Source of the DNA: Candidatus Babeliales bacterium
GTDB lineage: Bacteria; Babelota; Babeliae; Babelales; JANWKD01
Direction: 5' to 3'
Length of the DNA: 64,000 nucleotides
NCBI GenBank assembly: GCA_963701665.1
Contig: OY969622.1
Location: 184,658 to 248,657, forward strand
The position numbers and the translations under genes were made by a program. This document shows, in pieces, positions 53,695-63,645 of the stretch (the first letter of the stretch is position 1; each line of letters starts with the position of its first letter). The notes below the pieces were generated by a model. The model ran no database searches, was not told the DNA's origin, and was given only the letters and a program-made list of their open reading frames with translations.

Positions 53695-55512
53695 TCACTC
53701 GTTTTTTTGCTTTGGCAAAAGCATAAAAAGTGTGAGTTGTTTATCTTTATAGGGCAGTTCTTGAAGGGCCATTATTGCGGTGTGATTTTTAGTGAGTTTT
53801 GTGATGGGTACATTTCCCCCTAGTGGAATCTCCCGAATATAATTGCCACTTTCTGGATTCCAAACAAGTAGAGTTCCATCTTTATGCCCGGTCAATGCAT
53901 ATTGTTTATAACCAACAATGCTTAAGATGGGCATTAGTATTTCTCTGGTTCTTGTTTTTTTAAATTCCTGAACTATGTTTTTGTCTTTTTTCTCTTTACC
54001 TTTATTGTTAGATTTTTTTCCTTCTAGCGTGGATTCTTGCCATATTTCTAAATAACGCTGACGAGATAAAGAGACTAAAAAATTTGGTTGTACCTTCGCA
54101 AGTCCATCAAGAGAGCCTACATCGCTTTTGAGTGTTTGAAGACATTGTTCCTTAAGAAAATCCCAAATTTTAATCGATCCATCGCGAGAAGCTGAGGCAA
54201 GAAGATGCTGTTTGCCCATACCCGAAGGATTTTTCTTTGTTTCCCAGCATGGATTGTGTATGGTTCTGTGTAAAGTAACTAACGCTGTGACAGCATCAGT
54301 ATGCCCAATCAACTTGCGTACTACTTGACCCTTATGATTGTCAACAACAATTTTGCCGGATTTTTTGTCCCCTCTTTTTCCTCGGAAATAAAGTGTCATT
54401 GGTTGCTCTTCCCCTGCATCCGTCATAACTAAAAACCAACCAACTAAGGCAGCCGTTGGAACATATCTAGGTTTTGTTGTAAGAACATGAATTGAAGGGT
54501 CCTTTTTCTTTTGAGCTGCCATATGATACCTAACTTTTGCATCAGTTGGTTTTTTAAGTATTTCAAATTCTTGCTTATTAACATCATGAAAAAAAATTCC
54601 TCGTCGAGTGGCAGCAATAAGCTGTGAACTATGTTTCGGTACCGTATAGCATACGATATCCTGTGGCAGCGTAAGGTGTAGCGGGTCATTTTCCCAAAAT
54701 TCCTTGGTACGTTCATAATGAGCCTTAAGATCTCTAAGAGATTTACAAGAACTCTCAAGGAATCTTACCGAACGAGGGGTTTTAGTAGATCTGAGAGTAG
54801 CGCTGCTAAATTGTGAAAGGGTTCTATCAAGGGGAAGATAATCAGATTGCTTGTATTTACTCATAAGATCGCCCAGTTGTTGTTGAGTTTCAGGAGCAAC
54901 ATAAGGAACAATATAAGTATCGAAAATTGTGTTAAGCTCTTTAATAAGTTTTTTTCCAATATCCTGCGCTTGAAAGTGTGTTTGATAAATTCTAATTATA
55001 TTATTCCATAAATAACAAACAATTTTGGAAGAAGCATCAAGATTGTTATAAAGAATAGTTATATATTGGTTGATTTGGTCTTGAGGACTTAAGCGAGATA
55101 ATTGATCAATGAGTCTATTAAATTCATCGTAATATTCTCTAATTTTTTTTTCTTGTGCGAGCTTCTCTAAACTTCTTATGAATTCATTAAAATCGGTAAT
55201 TTCTTTTGTTGGATCCAATAATTCGGTATGCACATCTTCTTCGGTTAATAACAATGTGCTAACTTTTTTTTTATTTTTTTTACGACTTCTACTTTTTTTA
55301 CGATTTTTGCGCTCGTCTTCTTCTTCACTTGTAGTAATAGGTTTTGCTGCTAATTTAAGTGCGTAGGTGATTTTTCTTTGCTCACCAGTGTCTTTATCGG
55401 TTTTTATGATTTCTATACTTTTAGTATTCATGCCAAAAAGAATAGTGTTAAAAAGAAATGTTAGGATGCATAATCCGGTGAATATTTTTTTTTGTAAAAA
55501 AATGGGATTCAT
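53695..55512 (-). CDS. Secreted WD40-repeat protein
   Basis: Signal peptide ...ILFGM-NTK and a charged low-complexity tract. The C-terminal WD40 repeats include a canonical LLASASRDGSIKIWD and GHKDGTLLVWN. Confidence 0.65.
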   Translation of the reverse strand: MNPIFLQKKIFTGLCILTFLFNTILFGMNTKSIEIIKTDKDTGEQRKITYALKLAAKPITTSEEEDERKNRKKSRSRKKNKKKVSTLLLTEEDVHTELLDPTKEITDFNEFIRSLEKLAQEKKIREYYDEFNRLIDQLSRLSPQDQINQYITILYNNLDASSKIVCYLWNNIIRIYQTHFQAQDIGKKLIKELNTIFDTYIVPYVAPETQQQLGDLMSKYKQSDYLPLDRTLSQFSSATLRSTKTPRSVRFLESSCKSLRDLKAHYERTKEFWENDPLHLTLPQDIVCYTVPKHSSQLIAATRRGIFFHDVNKQEFEILKKPTDAKVRYHMAAQKKKDPSIHVLTTKPRYVPTAALVGWFLVMTDAGEEQPMTLYFRGKRGDKKSGKIVVDNHKGQVVRKLIGHTDAVTALVTLHRTIHNPCWETKKNPSGMGKQHLLASASRDGSIKIWDFLKEQCLQTLKSDVGSLDGLAKVQPNFLVSLSRQRYLEIWQESTLEGKKSNNKGKEKKDKNIVQEFKKTRTREILMPILSIVGYKQYALTGHKDGTLLVWNPESGNYIREIPLGGNVPITKLTKNHTAIMALQELPYKDKQLTLFMLLPKQKNE

Positions 55513-55663
55513 GTCGTTGTCCCTATTTTTATGTTTATTTGAATACCTTTTAACATTTTCTTAGATGGTAACTCAAGACTTGTGACAGGGACCTTTTGTA
55601 AATCTATTTTCAAATTGAGCCCAAGTGCGATACGCTAAAAATAAATAAAAAGGATAAAATGAT

Positions 55664-55939
55664 ATGAAAAACAGCACCTTTTATACGTTAGTTGCATCGA
55701 TAAATCTATTTTTTATCTTTTTTTTAGTGTATAAAAATAGTGTTATGATACAGCTTTCATTTCAAAAACAGACAGCTGAAAAAGAAAAAAAGATGCTTTT
55801 AAGTGAAAAAGAACACGTAAGGGCATATCTCTGTGCGTTACAAAGTAGAACTACCATCCAAGAATATGCGCATAATAACCTTCATATGCAAAAAATCGAA
55901 CGTAAACAAATGAAAATGTTACCAGTGCAATCAGTATGA
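55664..55939 (+). CDS. ftsL: Cell-division protein FtsL/FtsB-like
   Basis: 91 aa, single N-terminal TM then a coiled-coil. Overlaps ftsI by 4 nt (ATGA), the conserved dcw-cluster position. Confidence 0.5.
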   Translation: MKNSTFYTLVASINLFFIFFLVYKNSVMIQLSFQKQTAEKEKKMLLSEKEHVRAYLCALQSRTTIQEYAHNNLHMQKIERKQMKMLPVQSV

Positions 55940-57612
55940 TAAAATATTATAAAGTCCGCAGCGCAGCTGTTTTTTTAATCTTTTGTGCCGGGTATTGTGT
56001 GATCGTTGCCAACTTATATATTTTGCAAATATGCAAAAACGATTTTTTTACACAACTTGGTAATCAACAATATCACATTACGACAAAAACAATGCCACAA
56101 CGTGCTTCTATTTATGATCGTAATGGTCAATACTTGGCGATCAATCAAGAAAGTTATGCGGCATTTTTGACGCCACATGATCTTAATTCTGTCGAAAAGG
56201 TTGAGCAGTTTCTCAAAAAACATTTTCCAAAGGCATTGCATCGTTTGCATGAACATGCTCAAAGCCATTTTTTATATGTCAAACGGCGTCTGACTCCCGA
56301 ACAAAAAGAACTCATAGAAAAAGAAGCGCCAGCCGATATTAAATTATTGAAAGAACCAAGCAGGTTTTATCCTTTTAGCGCAGCAGCACAACTTGTTGGC
56401 CTAACCGATAGCGATACAAAAGGATTATTTGGCGTTGAACTCATCTGCAACAAAGAGTTAGCAGGCGAGCCGACAACCGTGTCATTACAAAAAGACGCGC
56501 GTTCAGGACATTTTTATTTTGCAAAAGAAACAAAAGTTGAAGGAAACGAGGGCGCTGATATTCATGTAACGCTCGACGCAGATATTCAACATTTAGTTAT
56601 GGAAGAACTGAAAACGAGTGTCGAATCATTGCACGCGCAGGAAGGTGCTGCACTCGTTATGGATCCGACAAACGGGCAGATTATTGCCATGGCAAGTTAT
56701 CCAGACTTTGATCCGAATAGTCGTCATCACCTGGATTTAGAAACGACAAAAAATAAACTTTTAACCGAAAGTTATGAATTAGGCTCGGTGATGAAAATTG
56801 TGGTGACGTTAGCATTGCTCGAAGAACAATTAGTAAATCCCGATGAAGAAGTTGATTGTGAAAATACGAGCCGCGGTACGGTGAACGGTGTTACCTTTTC
56901 AACATGGCGAGCGCATGGTATTTTACCGTTTTCCGAAATCATTCAACGCTCGAATAATATTGGTATTGCAAAAGTTGCTGCGCGCCTTGGGCCTTTATTA
57001 TATGATCATTATATAAAAATGGGCTTTGGCTCAAAAACAGCGCTCAATTGGCCGGGTGAACAAGCAGGATTTGTTAATCCACCCGAGCGTTGGACACGAC
57101 CTTCACTCGTTTCATTATCATTTGGGTATGAAAGCCGCGCAACGTTGATGCAACTTGCACAACTTTTTACCATGATCGCAAATCACGGTGTTTTTGTAAC
57201 GCCAACACTCTTTTTGCAAGAAGAAGCTCAAAAAGAACAACGGTATAGCAGCAGAGCCGTTGATCAAGTGCGTACAATTCTTGAAAAAACAGTGACGCAT
57301 GGTACTGCGCATAAAGCAAAACTTGAAGGATATTCTGTAATGGGCAAAACAGGCACCGCAATCAAAGTTATTGATGGCCGGTACGATCCCGCGCATAATA
57401 TTTATACTTTTGCAGGTATTATTGAAAAAGATAATTATAAACGAGTGATCGTAACCTTTATCAATGATGCGCATGTTGCGCGCAATGTCTATGCATCAAC
57501 GATCGCTGTGCCATTATTCGAGCGCATTGCGCACGATGTTCTTTTGCATGATACTATAATTACCAAGGAAATCAGTGAAAATCCAAAAAACGACGACATT
57601 CATTCCAGCTGA
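55936..57612 (+). CDS. ftsI: Penicillin-binding protein (class B transpeptidase, FtsI/PBP3-like)
   Basis: N-terminal TM and dimerisation domain. Transpeptidase motifs SVMK (SxxK), SNN (SxN) and KTGT. Confidence 0.85.
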   Translation: MIKYYKVRSAAVFLIFCAGYCVIVANLYILQICKNDFFTQLGNQQYHITTKTMPQRASIYDRNGQYLAINQESYAAFLTPHDLNSVEKVEQFLKKHFPKALHRLHEHAQSHFLYVKRRLTPEQKELIEKEAPADIKLLKEPSRFYPFSAAAQLVGLTDSDTKGLFGVELICNKELAGEPTTVSLQKDARSGHFYFAKETKVEGNEGADIHVTLDADIQHLVMEELKTSVESLHAQEGAALVMDPTNGQIIAMASYPDFDPNSRHHLDLETTKNKLLTESYELGSVMKIVVTLALLEEQLVNPDEEVDCENTSRGTVNGVTFSTWRAHGILPFSEIIQRSNNIGIAKVAARLGPLLYDHYIKMGFGSKTALNWPGEQAGFVNPPERWTRPSLVSLSFGYESRATLMQLAQLFTMIANHGVFVTPTLFLQEEAQKEQRYSSRAVDQVRTILEKTVTHGTAHKAKLEGYSVMGKTGTAIKVIDGRYDPAHNIYTFAGIIEKDNYKRVIVTFINDAHVARNVYASTIAVPLFERIAHDVLLHDTIITKEISENPKNDDIHSS

Positions 57613-58492
57613 CGTGCCGAGCGCCCAGCATGAGGAATTTATAAAAAATTATACGGCAATTACGCGATCAACCGGCAACCTCATGTTATTTGCCTGCGAT
57701 CAAAAAATTGAGCATTTAAATCGAGATTTTTATGGTCCGAACATTGATCCTGCTGATAATAATCCTGAACATCTTTTTCAAATTGCTTCACAAGGTGATA
57801 TTGGCGCATTTGCTACCCATTTAGGCTTAATAGCGCAGTATGGTGCTTCGTATAAAAACGTGCACTATATTGTTAAAATGAATGGCAAAACTGATTTAGT
57901 AAAAACAATGCAACGCGATCCTCTTAGCCACCAACTATGGACACTCAAACAAATCCTTTCATTTAAGCAAAATACCGGGTTATCAATTTGCGGTGTTGGG
58001 TATACCATATACCCGGGCAGTGAGTATGAACCAGCTATGTTGCGCGAAGCAGCAGAATTAATCTATGAAGCGCATCAACATGGTCTTATTACTATTTTGT
58101 GGGCATATCCACGTGGCAAAGCAGTGATACGCGAACACGCGCCTGATATCATTGCGGGTGCTGCTGGCCTTGCTGCATCGCTTGGTGCTGATTTTGTAAA
58201 ATTAAATCAGCCCGAAGCAGCAGGAAAATTATCCGCAAATCAAGCACTCAAAATTGCCGTGCAAGCGGCGGGAAAAACCAAAGTAATTATTTCCGGCGGA
58301 GCTGCCCAAGACCCGCGCCAATTTTTGCAAGAATTATATGAACAACTGCGCGAGGGCGGAACTGCTGGTAATGCAACCGGACGTAACATTCATCAGCGCT
58401 CGTTATCGCAAGCGCTCGCCATGACACGCGCTATTTCTTCCCTCGTTTTTTCAAATTCGAGTGTTGATGATGCATTGAAGAATTTTCAGTAA
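57575..58492 (+). CDS. Class I fructose-bisphosphate aldolase family protein (DhnA/FbaB, DeoC/LacD-type TIM barrel)
   Basis: LMLFACDQKIEHLN N-terminal block and a Schiff-base lysine context (GADFVKLN). GTG start overlaps the ftsI 3' end. Confidence 0.7.
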   Translation: MKIQKTTTFIPADVPSAQHEEFIKNYTAITRSTGNLMLFACDQKIEHLNRDFYGPNIDPADNNPEHLFQIASQGDIGAFATHLGLIAQYGASYKNVHYIVKMNGKTDLVKTMQRDPLSHQLWTLKQILSFKQNTGLSICGVGYTIYPGSEYEPAMLREAAELIYEAHQHGLITILWAYPRGKAVIREHAPDIIAGAAGLAASLGADFVKLNQPEAAGKLSANQALKIAVQAAGKTKVIISGGAAQDPRQFLQELYEQLREGGTAGNATGRNIHQRSLSQALAMTRAISSLVFSNSSVDDALKNFQ

Positions 58493-58566
58493 AAAAGGGA
58501 CCTTGTTTTTCTTGACAACCTATCCTAAGCTAATCAACAGCATGTGCTTAAAAAAGGAAAACAAGC

Positions 58567-60105
58567 ATGAGAAAAATTCTTTTAAGTATTCTGGTATGGG
58601 TAGTATGGATACAGAATTCTTATGCCTACAATACAAATTTAACGACAGGTTGTTCTGAAAATTTATCGTATTGCCCTCCTGGTTGTGGTGTAGCACGTAC
58701 CTTTATATTGACACGCCCAGTCTACCGTAATATTGCAGCACAATGGTCGTTATGGCACGATGTTGTTTTTAATGCTTGTCAACCGCAAACGTTTGGATTT
58801 CAAATATTGCCCATTTTTCAACGCACATTAGGATCAGGCAAAGTTACTCGTTACTTTTTATTTGATGATGTGCTGCCATGCACCTACAACGACAATTCAG
58901 ATTTTCTTGTTGTTAAAGGCGATGATGCGGATAACGGTAATCAATATAGCCGTGATATTCGTGCTGAATGGATCAATTTGCCCAGTACATTTGCTGGTAG
59001 TTTTACCGTTCGTCCAAAACAAGAGGAAGCTGCCGTTTGGCTTGAAGCATATTACAGTCTTCGTGATACTTTTGAATCTCCTGTTTTAAAAAGTTGCTGG
59101 CTCTCTGTTGCATTACCCATCCATTATATGAAAACAGACATTAATTTAACTGAATACCCCTCACAACCCACGGTGACTCCTCGGCCAATCGCTCCTACGT
59201 CAATTGCTGAGGCGCTTTCAAATCCAGCATGGAATTTTGCAAAATTTGGTCCCTCAAAAAAAGAATTTGATGTTGCAGAACTTAATCTGAAAATTGGCAG
59301 CAATTTTTTAGATCAAGATGGCTTTCAATTATGTATTTATTCTTCTGCGGTTGCGCCGTTGCATGGCTACAACAATCCAGGATTTGTGTTTAGTCCCGTG
59401 CTAGGAACTAATCGTCATTTTGGGTATGGCACGGGATTAATTTTGCAGTTACCGATGACCAATGATTGTAATTCTTGTTTTATGGCATTCTTTTTTGAAA
59501 TTGAAAACATTTATTTTTTCAGAGACTCACAAAAAAGAACCTTCGATCTAAAATTAAAACCATGGTCACGCTATTTGTTGCTCGTTAATGAAGATGGCAG
59601 AACCAATATTCCCGCGGTAAATATTCTGACGCGTGGTGCGCGTATACGCCCGTTTAATATGGTTGATATGACAACTGGCGTTCGTTATCAATCGGGTGGC
59701 CTTGAAATGGAATTAGGTCTTGATGTATGGGCGCGTGGGCGTGAAGATGTGAAATTAAAAGAATGTTTTCCCTGCGGCTATGGCATTCAAGGTGTAGGTT
59801 TTCTATCGGGCACTAATATTCCAGCAACAGCAAATATGAGCACGATTGGTGTTTTGGCTCCTAATGATGTTATTCCTTTTACAACAACTGAGATCTTTGT
59901 TCCTATTACCGAAAATGATATTGAATTAACCTCAGCTGCTGCACGTGGTGCTATTAATTTTAGGCTACATCTAGCGGGTGGCTATTCGGCATCCTGTAAT
60001 GATACACTCTTCTTTATTGGCTTTGGCGGATTTTTTGAAGTACCTAATTATAATACCGATTTCAAACGCTATGGAGCGTGGGGAAAAATTGGATTCGGTT
60101 TTTAA
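58567..60105 (+). CDS. Putative major outer-membrane beta-barrel protein/porin
   Basis: Signal peptide, a long alternating-strand region, and a C-terminal ...GAWGKIGFGF with terminal Phe. Confidence 0.5.
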   Translation: MRKILLSILVWVVWIQNSYAYNTNLTTGCSENLSYCPPGCGVARTFILTRPVYRNIAAQWSLWHDVVFNACQPQTFGFQILPIFQRTLGSGKVTRYFLFDDVLPCTYNDNSDFLVVKGDDADNGNQYSRDIRAEWINLPSTFAGSFTVRPKQEEAAVWLEAYYSLRDTFESPVLKSCWLSVALPIHYMKTDINLTEYPSQPTVTPRPIAPTSIAEALSNPAWNFAKFGPSKKEFDVAELNLKIGSNFLDQDGFQLCIYSSAVAPLHGYNNPGFVFSPVLGTNRHFGYGTGLILQLPMTNDCNSCFMAFFFEIENIYFFRDSQKRTFDLKLKPWSRYLLLVNEDGRTNIPAVNILTRGARIRPFNMVDMTTGVRYQSGGLEMELGLDVWARGREDVKLKECFPCGYGIQGVGFLSGTNIPATANMSTIGVLAPNDVIPFTTTEIFVPITENDIELTSAAARGAINFRLHLAGGYSASCNDTLFFIGFGGFFEVPNYNTDFKRYGAWGKIGFGF

Positions 60106-60270
60106 CTACCAATAATCTTCTTCGCTTTCATAAACACCATGCGTGTTTCCATCATCTTCATAAATATCATGATAACGTTCCGGTTTCTTGTCTTTGCGTG
60201 ATGGTTTTTTGGTAGCGGGCTTTTTTTCTTGTTTCTGTTTTTTTGTTGGTGGATTTTTCTTTGTTGGCAT
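60106..60270 (-). CDS. Small (54 aa) Lys/Glu-rich hypothetical protein not in the supplied ORF track
   Basis: Encodes MPTKKNPPTKKQKQEKKPATKKPSRKDKKPERYHDIYEDDGNTHGVYESEEDYW, with AGGAG 6 nt upstream of the ATG. It competes with the track ORF 60102-60302 in another frame. Confidence 0.3.
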   Translation of the reverse strand: MPTKKNPPTKKQKQEKKPATKKPSRKDKKPERYHDIYEDDGNTHGVYESEEDYW

Positions 60271-60417
60271 GAGAGCTCCTGTTTTTGTTCATACCGTATC
60301 AAAAAAAACGAGCGTCATGCAAGCATCTGGGATAACTATCAGGCTCATAAGTGAACCTGATAGTATTTATTGTCACGAGCAGTGCCTTAAGCAAGGGTAG
60401 AAAACTCGAATAGTGGG

Positions 60418-60759
60418 TTATTGTTGTGCCATCATGGTTACCATAACCATGTCATTGGAACAGTGCATTGAACAGCCCCATTGGCCATGCACCATGTGTG
60501 TTGACATTGCACCATTGTTGTTGATTGTGACTTCAAATTGAGGTGCTTCATCCGTAATTTCATCTGCAGGAACAGGTTGTACTTGAACTATGATATTTGC
60601 TTCTGGATTTGAAAGTTCTGCAACTGGGTTAGCTTCATCAAGAACGAATTCACCCTTCATGCACTGATCAGCAACACAAACATCCATCATAAGTTTTACA
60701 TCTGCTAGCAACGCATGAGCTGAGAGTAAAGATAAACAAAGTAATGTTATTTTTTTCAT
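60418..60759 (-). CDS. Hypothetical secreted protein with His/Met/Cys-rich C-terminus
   Basis: Start at MKKITLLCLSLL (ATG at 60759, AGGAG upstream). The tail is ...THMVHGQWGCSMHCSNDMVMVTMMAQQ. Confidence 0.45.
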   Translation of the reverse strand: MKKITLLCLSLLSAHALLADVKLMMDVCVADQCMKGEFVLDEANPVAELSNPEANIIVQVQPVPADEITDEAPQFEVTINNNGAMSTHMVHGQWGCSMHCSNDMVMVTMMAQQ

Positions 60760-61049
60760 AGTTTCTCCTAAACAAACTAAAAACAATGCTTTGCTTAAGG
60801 TGTGCTCGAGACGATTTTTTGCAATCTTAGACACAATATAATCTTCGAGATGTATTTGTCAATTACCTATTTTTCCCTGGGGGCCAATGAACGTGATTAT
60901 AGGCATTATATGGGCTTAAAAATGGCCTTATTGGGGGGGAAAGGGGGGCTATCTGAAAATATATGGCAACCCTTACTGTTTAAAATTGACAAATATAAAA
61001 TATAAGGTATTCTATAGGTATACCAAGCATTATAGAGAATGGAGTTTTT

Positions 61050-63608
61050 ATGAATAAAAATATAGTTTTTTTGATGTTTTTAACCTGTTTTACAGGTTTA
61101 TTCGCTATGGAAGATCGTTCTAAACCTCAGTCTAATACCATTGAGCAAAGGCCGACACCATATCAATTTTTAGGTATAGATAAAACAGCAGAGGCAGGGG
61201 ACATAAAGAAATCCTATGTTCAATTAGCAAAACAGTATCATCCTGATAAAGCTAAGGGTGATACAGCTGTGGCAGCAGAGTATTTCAAAGTAGTACAATA
61301 CGCTTATGAAGCACTTACCAAAAACAATGCAATAAACACAGAGCATGCTAAAAATGATTGGCAAGATTGGGTCAATGAACCCGCAAATATGATGATTAAA
61401 TCGGCGGCAGAAAAACTACAGGCTGAAATTAAACAAAATCTTGATAATAATCAGAATTTGGTAACTATAAAAAAATTAATATTTGATGCGTGTACTTATT
61501 ATGAGACGCATCTTTCGTGGGTTGATACGACAAGCCAAAAACTTTTAAAGCGTCTAATGATCGAAAATTATGTTGAACTAACAAGAAGAGTAATAAGAAC
61601 TAACGATGCAGGTGCGCAAGGAGAAGTATATGAGGCATTCATAAGAATACGCCCTCATATAAACGATATTGAGGCAGACTTAAAAGAAATAGATAAGTTA
61701 CTTGATGCATGTCGAGCAAAACGTGATGCGGGCAAAAAAAATCTTCAGCCAAAGTCGAATCAGACGAGTGTTGCTTTCATGGATTCTGGGGATCTTTATG
61801 CTATTTTGGAGATAAGCCCTCTTGCAAACCAAGAAGAAATAAACAATGCCTTTCTAAAATTGCAGACAAAATATAAGCCTTATTCATTTGCAGAAGGATC
61901 GCAAGAACGTAAGCGAGCAGAATACCAATTTAAGCCGATCTGGGATGCATTTGATACATTGGGTAATAAACAAAGAAGAGCTATCTACGATAAAAAAAGA
62001 TTAAAAGCATTTGATACTTCCGCACAAAATACAGAACAACCTTCGAGAAAAAGACCCTCAGAGAATGATGGAAAAAATGCTCGCCCTGAAAAATTCGCAA
62101 AGCAAGATAATACTCAAAAGTCTTCAAAAGATGACGAAAATATAAAGAAATTAATAAATGCGATAAACAGTGAAAATAATGCCGTGGATAACTATATAAC
62201 AAACATGGGACGCAGCGAAAATATTGAACTTAATCCCCATGAATTTTTTGAAAAAATTTGTCAGCAATATAATAAAACATTGAAGTTTCTTACTGCTACT
62301 ACAAAACATGCCGATTTTTTACAACAATATAAGGACCTTGCCGATGTAATTAATGAAACAAGCAAAAACTTTTATAGTGCTGCCAATTTTGTATATGAAA
62401 AAGGCAAAGATAAGGGATGGTTCTTATATTCGCTTCAGAAAGCATGTGAACTGAACGAGCTTGCATTACAGTGTGCAAAGTATTTGCAATCAATTGAAGG
62501 TGAAAAAATTATGGAGAGTTGCCGCAAGCAACACAATGTTTTTATAAAATACTTAATTGATTTATACGAAAGTTTTGATTATTTAGAGCTGTTTTTTACT
62601 GATTTATCTATTCCAGTGCATTATCGTAATAATACATTCACCATTTTAAAAGAAGATTGTAAAAAAGAGGAATTTTCAGTTTTGAAAGAAAAATTGCCTA
62701 AGCTTTCCTATAGCATCGCTGAACATTATTTTAACCAAGGATTATATGAAGATGCAAAAAAACTGGTTATTGCTCTTATTCGAGGCAACATGACAAGAGA
62801 CAGAACAAGGTTAAGAAAAAGCAAAGATTTATTAAATAAAATTAAAGCTGCGTCTGCAGCTAAAATGGAGCAAGAAAGTGTTTATTTCTTGAATCGGTTT
62901 GAAAATGATACTCACGCGCTGAGTAATGTAATTAGATCTTATAAAATTAATAAGTCTAATGATGAGCAAACGCTATTAGCAATTCGCAACAACTGCAAAC
63001 AATATGTTGATTTCATTTGGTCGAATCGCGAGCAGACTCTTTCGCCTCAAACGTATACAAATATTCTGGATAATTGTATGCAGATCATGCATGATTTACA
63101 GGAAGCAAAGCTATTCTATCCTGAATGCATAGAGCTAGTATCCCTTTGTCTCAATTTCCCTTGGAAAAACCCAGAGATTCTTAAAGAAAGTATAGAGCCC
63201 ATGAGTAATTATGCTCTTGGAGCGATACTTTCTGAAGTACAATTCACACCAGAGGATTTGAAAGATGATAAAAAATTATCGTCACTCGCTCAGAAAATGC
63301 TTTCTGAAAATCAATGTAATTTTTTTGTTAGAACGTTAGGATACATTCGTTCTCCGAATACCTATGAAAGTGCTACCAATGCTATTCTTAAATGTTACTT
63401 TGCTTTAGCCGAACAGTTGAGCGATCATGGTAATTATTCTGATGCACTTTTAATGCTTGATACTGCGATGCTGCGATATCGCATGGGTAGTTTACGAGAA
63501 AATTTTGAGAGTTTAAAAGCTCAGGTATGCGTATTACAAGACTTGCAAAATCCAACTAGCTTTGATGAAGACGAATTATTAAAAGAACTGTTTGAACAAC
63601 ATAATTGA
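61050..63608 (+). CDS. Secreted J-domain (DnaJ-like) protein with a second degenerate J-like domain and long helical C-terminal region
   Basis: The signal peptide ends ...GLFAM-EDR. J domain 1 has HPD (YQFLGIDKTAEAGDIKKSYVQLAKQYHPDK). J-like domain 2 lacks HPD (LYAILEISPLANQEEINNAFLKLQTKYKPYS). Confidence 0.7.
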   Translation: MNKNIVFLMFLTCFTGLFAMEDRSKPQSNTIEQRPTPYQFLGIDKTAEAGDIKKSYVQLAKQYHPDKAKGDTAVAAEYFKVVQYAYEALTKNNAINTEHAKNDWQDWVNEPANMMIKSAAEKLQAEIKQNLDNNQNLVTIKKLIFDACTYYETHLSWVDTTSQKLLKRLMIENYVELTRRVIRTNDAGAQGEVYEAFIRIRPHINDIEADLKEIDKLLDACRAKRDAGKKNLQPKSNQTSVAFMDSGDLYAILEISPLANQEEINNAFLKLQTKYKPYSFAEGSQERKRAEYQFKPIWDAFDTLGNKQRRAIYDKKRLKAFDTSAQNTEQPSRKRPSENDGKNARPEKFAKQDNTQKSSKDDENIKKLINAINSENNAVDNYITNMGRSENIELNPHEFFEKICQQYNKTLKFLTATTKHADFLQQYKDLADVINETSKNFYSAANFVYEKGKDKGWFLYSLQKACELNELALQCAKYLQSIEGEKIMESCRKQHNVFIKYLIDLYESFDYLELFFTDLSIPVHYRNNTFTILKEDCKKEEFSVLKEKLPKLSYSIAEHYFNQGLYEDAKKLVIALIRGNMTRDRTRLRKSKDLLNKIKAASAAKMEQESVYFLNRFENDTHALSNVIRSYKINKSNDEQTLLAIRNNCKQYVDFIWSNREQTLSPQTYTNILDNCMQIMHDLQEAKLFYPECIELVSLCLNFPWKNPEILKESIEPMSNYALGAILSEVQFTPEDLKDDKKLSSLAQKMLSENQCNFFVRTLGYIRSPNTYESATNAILKCYFALAEQLSDHGNYSDALLMLDTAMLRYRMGSLRENFESLKAQVCVLQDLQNPTSFDEDELLKELFEQHN

Positions 63609-63645
63609 TACTAAAGGGAGCCTGAATACTTAAAATGGAGTTTTT

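Noticed and set aside
60102-60302. 66-aa track ORF as the gene in this interval.
   Set aside because: It has no RBS and an odd composition. The overlapping 54-codon frame (60106-60270) has a canonical AGGAG-N6-ATG and is preferred, though with low confidence.
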